A stretch of 56,175 nt of DNA from an uncultured Bacilli bacterium (lineage in GTDB: Bacteria > Bacillota_I > Bacilli_A > RF39 > UBA660), in NCBI GenBank assembly GCA_944358405.1, contig CALVQX010000029.1:1-56175 (forward strand). The letters run 5' to 3'. The notes under the pieces were generated by a model that did no database searches, had not been told where the DNA came from, and saw only the letters and a list, made by a program, of their open reading frames with translations. Position numbers and translations under genes: made by a program. Numbering within the stretch: the stretch's first letter is position 1; each line of letters starts with the position of its first letter. Below, piece by piece: positions 1 through 9,885 of this stretch.

Positions 1-32
1 ATTTTCTTTACCTCATCTATTAATTTCTTCAT
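1..32 (-). CDS. 5' end of an unidentified CDS running off the left edge (MKKLIDEVKK...)
   Basis: ATG at 32-30 (minus) just downstream of an AAGAGGT Shine-Dalgarno; only about 10 codons visible. Confidence 0.3.
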   Translation of the reverse strand, partial: MKKLIDEVKK

Positions 33-135
33 TTTTACCTCTTATTCTTTCAATTAATAGATTATCAAAAAAAGATTAAATTAACAACTTATGTGTCAAT
101 CTAACCTTTTTCATGCTTTTGTCCTGTTTTTTAAA

Positions 136-768
136 CTAAATTTCTTTTCTTGATTTTTCTTCTTTTTCTTTTGATTGTTCTTTTTTAGAAAAAATACATC
201 CACAGTAATCTTGACGATATAATTGATACTCTTTTGACAATTCTATGCTTCTTTTATAGCCATTTTTCTTTTTGAAGTCTGCATATAAATATATCGGATG
301 ATACACTTTATTTAATTCTTCCCCTATTTCATTTAGCCAATTGCTATTTTTATAAGGACTGATACTTAAGGTTGTTGTGAAGTAGTCAAAACCTAATTCT
401 TCTGCTACTTTCGCTGTTTCTTCTAGCCTTAGTTTATAGCACTGATAGCATCTTTTTCCACGCTCTGGCTCTTGCTCTAAACCGTTGGCCATTTGAAGAA
501 ATACTTCTGGATGATATTTTCCTGGAAGAACTTTTATATTTTCTGCCTTTAAATTCTCAATGAATCTTTGTAATTCATCTAGTCTTTTTTGATATTCTTT
601 TTCGTCTGTAATATTTGGATTATAATATAATATTGTAATATCAAAATATTTTGCTATTCTTTCTAATACGGCAGAAGAACATGGAGCACAACATGCATGT
701 AATAATAATTTATTTTTGTTTGCTGTTAACATAGCAATTTGCTTTTCCATTTCTAAATCATAATTCAT
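136..768 (-). CDS. queH: epoxyqueuosine reductase QueH (DUF208)
   Basis: 210 aa; cysteine motifs LLLHACCAPC, CYQCY, DYCGC and overall layout typical of QueH; SD AAGAGGA before ATG 768. Confidence 0.9.
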   Translation of the reverse strand: MNYDLEMEKQIAMLTANKNKLLLHACCAPCSSAVLERIAKYFDITILYYNPNITDEKEYQKRLDELQRFIENLKAENIKVLPGKYHPEVFLQMANGLEQEPERGKRCYQCYKLRLEETAKVAEELGFDYFTTTLSISPYKNSNWLNEIGEELNKVYHPIYLYADFKKKNGYKRSIELSKEYQLYRQDYCGCIFSKKEQSKEKEEKSRKEI

Positions 769-840
769 AAATTTTCCTCTTTTCGTGATTATTATACTAC
801 GACTTGTTCTTTTCTTCTAGAGGAAAGCATAGATTGAAGT

Positions 841-1590
841 ATGAATACAATTATCCTTAGTTTTTTAACAACGTCTTTGGCAGGGTTTTCGACATTGTTT
901 GGAATTTTACCTTGCTATTTCAAAAAAAGAAAAAAGGAAGAAATTATTACTTTTTCCCTTGCTTTTTCCAGTGGAATTATGCTTAGTATTTCCCTTTTTT
1001 CTTTAATTCCAGAATCTGTTAGTTTGATTACAGATCTTCAGCCTCTTTTCCCTAGTTTTTTGTTAGTAGCTATTTTTATTGTAATTGGAATATTATTTTC
1101 TTTTGGAATTGATCATGGAGTTTCTAAAAAATTTGCTACTACTCCTCTTTATAAGCTGGGAATCATTTCTATTATTGTTTTGATGTTACATAATATTCCA
1201 GAAGGAATTACTACATTTATTTCTACAAACGCTAACACCCGTTTAGGAATTACTTTGTCTTTAGCAATTGCTCTTCATAATATTCCAGAAGGTATCTCTA
1301 TTGCAGTCCCTATTTATTATGCAACCAAGAATATGAAAAAAGCTTTTTGGTATACTTTTATTGCAGGATTTTCTGAATTGTTAGGTGCAATTTTAGCTTA
1401 TTTATTTATTGCACAATATATTAGTTTTTTTCTACTAGCTTTCATCTTAGGAATAACTGCGGGTATTATGATTCATATTTCCATCTATGAATTATTTCCT
1501 AATTCTCTTTCATATAAAAAGAACAAATTAACTATTATAGCTTTTGTTCTTGGTTTTTTTATTATGTTACTTTGTGATTATATTATATAG
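841..1590 (+). CDS. zupT: ZIP-family zinc/divalent metal transporter, ZupT-like
   Basis: 249 aa polytopic membrane protein with two HNIPEG motifs (LHNIPEGITTF, LHNIPEGISIA). Confidence 0.85.
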   Translation: MNTIILSFLTTSLAGFSTLFGILPCYFKKRKKEEIITFSLAFSSGIMLSISLFSLIPESVSLITDLQPLFPSFLLVAIFIVIGILFSFGIDHGVSKKFATTPLYKLGIISIIVLMLHNIPEGITTFISTNANTRLGITLSLAIALHNIPEGISIAVPIYYATKNMKKAFWYTFIAGFSELLGAILAYLFIAQYISFFLLAFILGITAGIMIHISIYELFPNSLSYKKNKLTIIAFVLGFFIMLLCDYII

Positions 1591-1594
1591 CAGC

Positions 1595-1996
1595 TTATAG
1601 AGTGATTGGTTGCAGAAATTCGAATGCTGGTAGATTACGCATAATACCGTAAACGATGAAAATTATGAGAATTCCTATCCATATAGAGTTAGGAATTTTT
1701 TGATACAAAGCAATTTTATTTTTCCAGAGACTACAAAGATAGTCTATCCATAAGAATAGAATTGCTGGCAATGTAATAAATAGTAGCGGATTATACCGGA
1801 ATGCTTGATATAAGTCTCCTGTAATTATTGCGTATAACATTCTAGTAATTCCACAACCAGGACAATAAAATCCTGTTATTTTATGAAACAGACACGGGAT
1901 ATAAATATTTATATGTTTACTGACAAATAAATAAAGTATTACTAATAGAATCCCTATTACCCCTATGGATAGTGGACGAACTATTTTTTTTCTCAT
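1595..1996 (-). CDS. DUF2752-family small membrane protein
   Basis: 133 aa, 3-4 TM segments, CPGCGITR motif characteristic of DUF2752; no obvious SD, 14 nt after the upstream stop. Confidence 0.65.
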   Translation of the reverse strand: MRKKIVRPLSIGVIGILLVILYLFVSKHINIYIPCLFHKITGFYCPGCGITRMLYAIITGDLYQAFRYNPLLFITLPAILFLWIDYLCSLWKNKIALYQKIPNSIWIGILIIFIVYGIMRNLPAFEFLQPITL

Positions 1997-2010
1997 AAAG
2001 AAAAAAAGCT

Positions 2011-2379
2011 CTATGCTTGTGTTACTCCAGCTTCTTTTCTTGTAATTTCATTCAAATCGTTTTGCATTAATGCATATCCTATGATTGATAAACCAAACAA
2101 TTGTAAAATTAGGTATAGTACGGAATTATCATCTGCACTTAATCCAACGTTTGATTTCGCCTTTGCTAAAGTTTTTCCCATCTTGTAAGCCCAGTATAGT
2201 CCATAAAGTCCGCAGCTTACAAGGGTCAATACAAAGGAAAGTCCTCCAGATGGTGCGCTTTCGTCTTTACTTGCAATTTTTGCTTCATCTGTTAATACAA
2301 TGAACTAATAAATTCCATAAATTCCACAACTAGCAATACTCCAAATAATGCATAAAGCAATGTTTCTTTCTTTTCTCAT
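2011..2379 (-). pseudogene. DUF4234-type membrane protein gene interrupted by an in-frame TAG (2305-2307)
   Basis: ATG 2379 with AGGAG SD; MRKERNIALCIIWSIASCGIYGIY-TAG-FIVLTDEAK...VSCGLYGLYWAYKMG; duplicated CG(I/L)YG(I/L)Y(W) motif, with the stop exactly where the second copy has Trp. Confidence 0.6.
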
Positions 2380-2733
2380 GATCTCACTCCTTTCTATAAT
2401 TTAATCATAACATGTTTTTTTATAGATTACTAGACCATATTTTCCCTTTTTGATATTGCAAAATTTATCTTACCATTTTTCCTTTGCTTTCTAGTTGCAG
2501 ATTTTAATTTTAAGGGGGCTATTTTGCTAATATGAGAATTTTTTTAATAGTTCGATTTAAATCTGCTGTGTATTGGGAATCAACTCGAGATACGCCTCTT
2601 TATAAAAGTTATATAGAAGAAAATAATAATTTAATAAAAATATAATAAATAGTTTGGTTATGTATTTCAGCTATTTAAAGCGTAGATCATAATATACCAT
2701 AGTTTATAAAGATTTATAAAAATTAATATAAAA

Positions 2734-2760
2734 AATAGCCAATAATAATTATTGACTATT
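2734..2760 (-). terminator. putative intrinsic terminator after the BI-1 gene
   Basis: imperfect hairpin AATAGcCAATAA-TAA-TTATTGaCTATT followed (minus strand) by a T-run. Confidence 0.4.
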
Positions 2761-2819
2761 GCAAATTGCTTTTCTGTTTGTGTTTATAGATACTATTTGA
2801 CTAATCTTATTTTATTAAT

Positions 2820-3464
2820 TTAATTTCTCTCATTGCCAAATAACTTTAATAAGCGAATAAAAATATTAATAAAATCTAGATATAATTCAAATGCGCCGAT
2901 AATGGCCATATTATCATTATTTATACCACTTTCTGCTAGCTGTTTTATTTTTTGCATATCATAAGCAATATATCCCATGAATATTACTAGTCCAACAATA
3001 CATAATATCATGTCTAGTGTTCCGTTCATTAGAAAAATATTAATAATTTCTAAAATAATAATTCCAGCTAGGGTCATTAACAGGAAGATGCCTAATTTAC
3101 TTAAATCAATTTTAGTAACTTTTCCTATAAGTGCAAACACACCGAAAATGATTGACGTTGCTAAAAAGATTACAAGTATTGAACTTATTTCAAATAGTAG
3201 AAATAGGCTGGCAAAAGTAGCTCCTGTTAATACAGTATAAGCGATATATAACAGTTTGGCTGTTAAGGGATTCATCTTTTGAATACGAACACCTAATACA
3301 ATAGCAATTACAATTTCTGCAATGAAGATAATCCAATATGCTGAGCTACTAAAAATCATTGTAATCAAAGATTCTGATGTAGAAACTAAATAACCACTTC
3401 CAAATGTAATTAATAATCCTATGAACATCCAACCAAATACTTTTGAATAAAAATCTTTTGTCAT
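2820..3464 (-). CDS. Bax inhibitor-1/YccA-family membrane protein
   Basis: 214 aa, 7 predicted TM segments, N-terminus MTKDFYSKVFGWMFIGLLITF and C-terminal charged tail typical of the BI-1/YbhL family; SD AAAGGAGG. Confidence 0.85.
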   Translation of the reverse strand: MTKDFYSKVFGWMFIGLLITFGSGYLVSTSESLITMIFSSSAYWIIFIAEIVIAIVLGVRIQKMNPLTAKLLYIAYTVLTGATFASLFLLFEISSILVIFLATSIIFGVFALIGKVTKIDLSKLGIFLLMTLAGIIILEIINIFLMNGTLDMILCIVGLVIFMGYIAYDMQKIKQLAESGINNDNMAIIGAFELYLDFINIFIRLLKLFGNERN

Positions 3465-3579
3465 AAATTATATACCTCCTTTTTATTATATCCAAATAAT
3501 AAATAAAACATGATTTTTTCTGTTTTTATTATTATGGTTTTATTATAGCTTATTTTTTTTTAAAGATATAGTTTTTTTA

Positions 3580-4905
3580 TTATTTTTTTCGAAGTTCTTT
3601 TTTTATTTTTTCGATTTCTATCAATCTGTTTTTGACATCTTTTTCTTTTCCTTGCATGGAAGGATTATAATATTTTTTGTTTTTTAATTTTTCTGGTAAG
3701 CATTGTAATCCAGTAATCTTATTTTCAAAGTCATGTGCGTATTGATAATTTTTACCATATCCCATTTGGCTATCTAGAGAAGTAACTGCATTTCTAAGAT
3801 CTAACGGTACTTTTTCGTCTAATGTTGCTAAGGCATCTTTTTTTACTTCTTCGTAAGCTTGATAAAGCGAATTTGATTTGGCCGAAACACTTAAATAAAC
3901 TACTGCTTGAGCCAAATTGACATTACATTCTGGCATACCTAAATAGTGAGCAGCTTGATAAGCAGCCGTTGCTTGTATTAAGGCGTTTGGGTTAGCAATT
4001 CCTATATCTTCTGATGCAAATCTAATTAATCTTCGTGCTATATAGAGAGGATTTTCACCAGCTTCTAACATTCTTGCTAGATAATATAAGGCAGCATCTG
4101 GATCACTATTTCGCATGGATTTATGTAAGGCTGAAATCAGATTATAATGCTCCTCACCATTTTTATCATATAAAAATACTTTTTGTGATAAAGCTTGTTC
4201 GATAGTTTCTTTTGTAATCTTTGTTTTCCCATTTACTTTCTTTGCAATGTTTGTAGAAATTTCTAGTGTATTGAGTGCACTTCTAGCATCGCCACAGGAA
4301 ATATCGGCAATCATTTCCAAGCAGTCTTCAGAAATTTCTACTTTATCCTTTTTTAATTTTTGGTCGTTTTGAATGGAGCGATTTAGTATTTTTATTATTG
4401 CTTCTTTTGATAGTGATTTTAAACAATATACTTTACATCTGGATAATAAAGCAGCATTTACTTCAAATGATGGATTTTCTGTTGTTGCTCCGATCAATAT
4501 GATATCTCCTTTTTCTACATAAGGAAGAAATGCATCTTGTTGAGCTTTGTTAAAACGGTGAATTTCATCTACAAAAAGAATAGTTTTCCCACCTTCTAAT
4601 TTATTACACTTTGCAATTTCTACGATCTCCTTTATTTCTTTTACACCTGAAGCAACGGCACTGAGTTGTCTAAAGTCAGCCTTGGTTGTTTTAGCAATAA
4701 TTTTAGCTAATGTTGTCTTTCCGACTCCTGGCGGTCCCCATAGTATCATCGATGGAATACTATCTTTTTCGATCATTTGTCTCAGCGAAGAATCTTTTCC
4801 AATGATTTCTTCTTGACCAATAAAATCTTCTAAAACTTCTGGTCTCATTCTTTCTGCCAAAGGTTCTTGATCTTTTGCTTCATAAAAATCAAAAATTGTA
4901 TTCAT
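3580..4905 (-). CDS. rarA: replication-associated recombination protein A (AAA+ ATPase RarA/MgsA)
   Basis: 441 aa; Walker A GPPGVGKTT, Walker B ILFVDEIHRFNK, MgsA C-terminal region (HYNLISALHKSMRNSDPDAALYYLARML). Confidence 0.92.
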   Translation of the reverse strand: MNTIFDFYEAKDQEPLAERMRPEVLEDFIGQEEIIGKDSSLRQMIEKDSIPSMILWGPPGVGKTTLAKIIAKTTKADFRQLSAVASGVKEIKEIVEIAKCNKLEGGKTILFVDEIHRFNKAQQDAFLPYVEKGDIILIGATTENPSFEVNAALLSRCKVYCLKSLSKEAIIKILNRSIQNDQKLKKDKVEISEDCLEMIADISCGDARSALNTLEISTNIAKKVNGKTKITKETIEQALSQKVFLYDKNGEEHYNLISALHKSMRNSDPDAALYYLARMLEAGENPLYIARRLIRFASEDIGIANPNALIQATAAYQAAHYLGMPECNVNLAQAVVYLSVSAKSNSLYQAYEEVKKDALATLDEKVPLDLRNAVTSLDSQMGYGKNYQYAHDFENKITGLQCLPEKLKNKKYYNPSMQGKEKDVKNRLIEIEKIKKELRKK

Positions 4906-5062
4906 ACTTCACCTACTATCTATTCAAATGCCTGATTATATATTATAACAAAAACATATGTTCGTCAATATTTTGATAAAAAATAAATTCATATATTTTC
5001 AGCAGATCATTTCTAATTCTATTTTTCAGGTAAATGAAATAAAAGATAGATTATTCTACCTT

Positions 5063-5578
5063 TTATCCATTTACAATCCATAACGTAATAAAGAAGGCAA
5101 CTAAAAGTATGGTTCCTATAGTTGCTAAAGCATTCCAAAAAATGGTTGGAATCTCCATATTTTTCATTTTGTAATAAGATAATGTTGCTACTCCGATGCC
5201 AATTAATCCTCCTAAGCTATTAGTTATGATATCTGTAATATCTAATCTTCCAATTGCTAATACATATTGTGATATTTCTAATCCCATGCTAAATAATAAA
5301 ATGGGTAAAAATTTTTTCCATAGCTTGGTCTTTGGTTTTAATACAGTGGTATAGATCCCTAATGGAATAAAGATTAAGATATTATTCCATATTTCAGAAA
5401 AATTAATTTTTTCATTGGTTGTTAGTGTTGCTGCAAAGGGAATCAAATTCCATTCTCTAGAATGATCTAGGACATCAAGTGAAAATTGCATTTTAAATAA
5501 AATAATCCAAATTACTATTAAAATATATAATATAGTTAAAGTTAAGGTCCAGTCGATTGATGCTAGATTCTTTTTCAT
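5063..5578 (-). CDS. VanZ-family membrane protein
   Basis: 171 aa, 4-5 TM segments, NIxxFIPLG and DIxDIxxNxxGGxIG motifs; start overlaps the upstream stop by 4 nt. Confidence 0.75.
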   Translation of the reverse strand: MKKNLASIDWTLTLTILYILIVIWIILFKMQFSLDVLDHSREWNLIPFAATLTTNEKINFSEIWNNILIFIPLGIYTTVLKPKTKLWKKFLPILLFSMGLEISQYVLAIGRLDITDIITNSLGGLIGIGVATLSYYKMKNMEIPTIFWNALATIGTILLVAFFITLWIVNG

Positions 5579-7212
5579 GCTTCTTCCTCCACTGTTTCAT
5601 TAATATCATCATACCAGCAAGAATACTGAATGATTGTTCCTTTGGTTGTTTCCATAGATTCTTTACTACATACACAATCTTCTTCTAGACAAGTAATGGT
5701 ATCCGTTACTGCGTTATATTCTCCATTACACTCATCATCATAAATGCGAATTTTAGATGATAATTCCGTAATCTGATAGCCATTCTCTATCTTTTTTTGA
5801 TCATATAAATATACTTTGGAAAGATTAGACATTAATTTGTTAATGGTTTCTTGAGATGCTTTGATTGTCATTGTATCAGCATATAGAAAGTTATAGTCTC
5901 TAAGAATATTATTTTTAAGATCTTTTGTTATCATTTGATAGATATCTTTAATATTTGATTTTGATTGGTAATAAAAATTATAATTTACCATTCCATATTC
6001 ATCTGAAATTACGTGCCCTATTTTAGTAAATCTAGGGTCATAGTCTATATTTATTATAATGTCATTTTCAGCAATCGAATTGTCTATAATATAATTATAT
6101 TCATGAATATAGTGATTGGTAAAGAACATGTTCTCTTCATATAATAGATGGTTTTCAAATGTTTTTGATTGTATAATATCTGATACATCTTCTTTTATTT
6201 CTATATCTTTTAACCCAATTAAACTAACTCCTATTCCTATTCCACATAAAAAAATTGATGCAAAAAATAAGATAATAAAGATTTTTATGGGGACTTTTTT
6301 GTTTATGACAAAATATATAATTGCTAGTAATATTAATACATTAAGTATGATTGCTCCTATCATGCTTATATCTACTCCAATAAAAATTAAAGAGTATTTA
6401 CTTAAAAATAGAGAAATTACAATTACTATTACGGACAATCCTAAAGTCAAAGTAAATCCCATAGCCATAAAAATCATAAATGCTTTTACAAACCAAATGA
6501 TAATTTTAGATAGTACAGATAAGAAAGCAAATGGCTGATGGCTAGGATCTCTTATAATAATGTTAGGTTCTTTTTTTAATTTTAACCCTTCTTTTTTCTT
6601 TTTACTTTCTTGTGTTTTTTTGTCTATTTCTTCTTCCTTATTTTCTTCTTTTTGTGTTAATTGATCATAATAATCTAAGTATCTAATTTTAAAAATATGA
6701 ACTGCTATAATCACGGTTAGAATAAACCACAATAGCTCGAAAATGCTATTTGTAATCCCTGTAAAAATTTGATGGGCAGAACGGGGTAAAAAAGATACCA
6801 AACTACTTACAATATAACTTAAAATATTTGTTATGATAATTCCACTTACTGCAATTATCAGAATAATCAAAGCCATTTCTATTAAGCACCTTAATCCACT
6901 ACTAAATTTCATACTTGAAAATAAGTTAATGGTTTTACTAATGAATTCTAGCAAAGAATCCCAAACTATATTCCAATTGTTTTTACTTTTTCTTTCTATT
7001 GATGTTAGATCAGTTATATTATCATTAATTAAATCATCCATACTACAATCGAATATATTACAAATTTGAATTATTTTATCTGTTTCTGGATAAGTATTGT
7101 TACTTTCCCACTTGGAAACAGATTGCCTAGATACATTTAACTTTGCTGCTAACTCTTCTTGAGAAAGTCCATGCTTTTTGTTTTTTTTTTTCAACTTGTC
7201 ACCAAATTTCAT
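5575..7212 (-). CDS. membrane-tethered XRE-family HTH transcriptional regulator with large C-terminal domain
   Basis: 545 aa; N-terminal HTH LSQEELAAKLNVSRQSVSKWESNNTYP, several TM segments, extracytoplasmic Cys-containing C-terminal region. Confidence 0.7.
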   Translation of the reverse strand: MKFGDKLKKKNKKHGLSQEELAAKLNVSRQSVSKWESNNTYPETDKIIQICNIFDCSMDDLINDNITDLTSIERKSKNNWNIVWDSLLEFISKTINLFSSMKFSSGLRCLIEMALIILIIAVSGIIITNILSYIVSSLVSFLPRSAHQIFTGITNSIFELLWFILTVIIAVHIFKIRYLDYYDQLTQKEENKEEEIDKKTQESKKKKEGLKLKKEPNIIIRDPSHQPFAFLSVLSKIIIWFVKAFMIFMAMGFTLTLGLSVIVIVISLFLSKYSLIFIGVDISMIGAIILNVLILLAIIYFVINKKVPIKIFIILFFASIFLCGIGIGVSLIGLKDIEIKEDVSDIIQSKTFENHLLYEENMFFTNHYIHEYNYIIDNSIAENDIIINIDYDPRFTKIGHVISDEYGMVNYNFYYQSKSNIKDIYQMITKDLKNNILRDYNFLYADTMTIKASQETINKLMSNLSKVYLYDQKKIENGYQITELSSKIRIYDDECNGEYNAVTDTITCLEEDCVCSKESMETTKGTIIQYSCWYDDINETVEEEA

Positions 7213-7351
7213 ATATTTTCACCTCTTTCGCTATACATTGTACGAAAATTCTTGGTTTCATCCTACCAACTTTAGTTGGAATTTTTGTAAATTTTTAGTT
7301 GCGTTCAATATATTTTAACATAATTTGCTGTAAATTTTGCTAAAATTAAAC

Positions 7352-7380
7352 AAAATGCTCCGGTAATTAGGGAGCATTTT
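7352..7380 (-). terminator. intrinsic terminator after the thioredoxin-fold gene
   Basis: hairpin AAAATGCTCC-ggtaatta-GGGAGCATTTT, T-rich on both sides. Confidence 0.55.
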
Positions 7381-7399
7381 GTTTACTAAACTATAAAAT

Positions 7400-8035
7400 T
7401 TATTTATTACAATCAGTACAAATTCCTACTTGTGTTTTCTCAATCATTTCTGTTAACTTCTTTTTTAAATCATTTATCTCATCTTCAGTCCAATACTCAT
7501 CAGGGCTTTCCTTTCCATTTGTATCCAAGGAAGTTTCATCATCAAATCCAACAATATCCCCCTGTTGTATAGCAATTACACTAGGGACATAAACTCTTTT
7601 ATTTCCTTCTTCATCGTACTGTAAATATTCCTCTAATATTTTTACAATTTGTTGATATTCATTCGTGTTTTTTTCACGTGCTTCTAAGATATTATAATAA
7701 TAAATTTTCTCTACATTTTCTGCTTTGGCTACTTCATTTAAAAATGTAACGTATCGCTGACACCATTTACATTCTGGAAATCCTAAGTAAACAATTCCTG
7801 TACCATTTTCTAGGATTTTAATAATCTCTTCTGCATCACGATAAACAAATACATTATTTTGATCTACTTCCTCATATTCTTTAGCAAATCGTGCTGCATC
7901 TGTTTCTACTTTATTATTATTTTGATTCGAAGAATTCAAATTCTCGTTTCGTATTAATGACATTATCCCCAGTATAGAAACTAATACCAATAGGAGAATT
8001 CCAATGATATATATTTTTTGATTTCCTTTTTTCAT
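7400..8035 (-). CDS. membrane-anchored thioredoxin-fold protein (CxxC)
   Basis: 211 aa; N-terminal TM anchor, IVYLGFPECKWCQ CxxC motif in a thioredoxin-like context; second CxxC at the C-terminus (CTDC). Confidence 0.5.
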   Translation of the reverse strand: MKKGNQKIYIIGILLLVLVSILGIMSLIRNENLNSSNQNNNKVETDAARFAKEYEEVDQNNVFVYRDAEEIIKILENGTGIVYLGFPECKWCQRYVTFLNEVAKAENVEKIYYYNILEAREKNTNEYQQIVKILEEYLQYDEEGNKRVYVPSVIAIQQGDIVGFDDETSLDTNGKESPDEYWTEDEINDLKKKLTEMIEKTQVGICTDCNK

Positions 8036-8123
8036 AAATTCTACCTCCGATTATCATTTTATCAAAAATATATTAAGAAAAAAAGAAACGGACCGTTTTT
8101 TACTATAAACTTTCCGTTGATAA

Positions 8124-8864
8124 TTATTTTTTTATTGCACATTGATTGTCAACTTGGATTGGAATATTATATGTAACTATTTTATTTTCTATATTTAAAG
8201 CATTAATTTTCAAATATAAATTTTTACAGCTTTTTGTGCTACAGGAGCAAGAATAATCATCAATGTTAAACTCTACTTCTTTTAAAAGACTAGATAGTGT
8301 TGCAGCATTTTTGGCGTTGTATTTTTTTGCTTGTTTTATATCTCCACATTGTGATATTTTCATTTCTTTATTTTTATCCACTTCATATAGAATACATTCT
8401 AGTACAACATATTCTTCCTCATTTTCATCATTAGCATAGTCAATATCCGAGATATAAATTGATTTTTTATTGTTATCATAAGCAATTACACCTTTTATAG
8501 AAAACTCATCATTATCGCTTGCTAGAGAAGAAAAATTAAATGTTTTGTTTTTTAATAGAGAAGAAAATCCTATACTAGCAATTATAATTACTATGACTCC
8601 TATAGTACCAAAAAACCATATTTTCTTCTTTTTCTTCATAGGATTTGGCAATTTGTTTGATTCTCCTTGAATTAACTCTTCTAAACTAATCTGAAAAATA
8701 TCGCTTAATTTATGTAATAATTCAATGTCAGGCAATCCACGACCTCTCTCCCATTTACTTACTGCTTGACTTGTTACATTTAATTTTGCGGCGAGTTGAG
8801 ATTGGGAATAACCATTTTTTATACGTAAGCTTTTAATAAATCTTCCTATTTTTTCTTGATTCAT
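8124..8864 (-). CDS. membrane-tethered XRE-family HTH regulator
   Basis: 246 aa; HTH YSQSQLAAKLNVTSQAVSKWERGRGLP, one TM segment (WFFGTIGVIVIIIASIGF), Cys-rich C-terminal domain. Confidence 0.7.
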   Translation of the reverse strand: MNQEKIGRFIKSLRIKNGYSQSQLAAKLNVTSQAVSKWERGRGLPDIELLHKLSDIFQISLEELIQGESNKLPNPMKKKKKIWFFGTIGVIVIIIASIGFSSLLKNKTFNFSSLASDNDEFSIKGVIAYDNNKKSIYISDIDYANDENEEEYVVLECILYEVDKNKEMKISQCGDIKQAKKYNAKNAATLSSLLKEVEFNIDDYSCSCSTKSCKNLYLKINALNIENKIVTYNIPIQVDNQCAIKK

Positions 8865-9030
8865 ACTTCACCACCATGACATTATATCTATATTATATAT
8901 GATTTTTGACAAATTGAAAACTATTATATTTTTTTATTAATTTTTTCTTATTATAGTATATAAGAATTAGGTCCTTTTTCTGGATCTTTTCGAAAAAAGT
9001 TATTTTTTTTAAAAAGATAGATATTAGCTC

Positions 9031-9059
9031 ACGAGAAAGTTTTAATTTTTCATATGATA
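9031..9059 (+). promoter_or_regulatory. possible mother-cell (sigma-K/sigma-E-like) promoter for the collagen-like gene
   Basis: CATATGATA at 9051-9059 fits the CATA-N3-TA type -10; an AC dinucleotide lies 18 nt upstream (slightly long spacer). Confidence 0.3.
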
Positions 9060-9079
9060 CTATGGAAGGAGGAAATCAA

Positions 9080-9781
<702 letters not shown>

Positions 9782-9813
9782 AGGGTTATTCCCTACTGCT
9801 GGAAGTAGATCTT

Positions 9814-9856
9814 AAAAACCTTTAGTTTCACTGTAAACTAAAGGTTTTTTATTTTC
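9814..9856. terminator. bidirectional intrinsic terminator between convergent genes
   Basis: 13-bp perfect stem AAACCTTTAGTTT/AAACTAAAGGTTT (9816-9828 / 9835-9847), 6-nt loop, A-run before and T-run after. Confidence 0.7.
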
Positions 9857-9885
9857 TAATAAATATCCTTAAAATAATATATTTT

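Noticed and set aside
2085-2303. Antisense or shadow ORFs in the six-frame track that lie inside longer, well-supported genes on the other strand (for example 2085-2303, 2977-3240, 6116-6538, 6833-7069, 13968-14228, 16050-16295, 18161-18346, 28456-28665, 34065-34268, 41728-41988, 42972-43340, 44768-45013, 51692-51892, 53072-53278, 54319-54507)
   Set aside because: They have no SD, low-complexity or hydrophobic-junk translations typical of the reverse frame of AT-rich genes, and each is fully embedded in a gene with clear family motifs.
2305-2307. TAG read as a sense codon (pyrrolysine or a reassigned genetic code)
   Set aside because: Several well-defined genes in the window terminate on TAG at positions consistent with full-length family members, and there is no Pyl machinery in the window. 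A nonsense mutation of TGG is the simpler explanation.
2532-2645. 37-aa plus-strand ORF (MRIFLIVRFKSAVYWESTRDTPLYKSYIEENNNLIKI) in the 440-nt gap upstream of the DUF4234 gene
   Set aside because: The only purine-rich stretch (AAGGGGG) is about 15 nt from the ATG, and there is no recognisable family or partner. It cannot be distinguished from a chance ORF.
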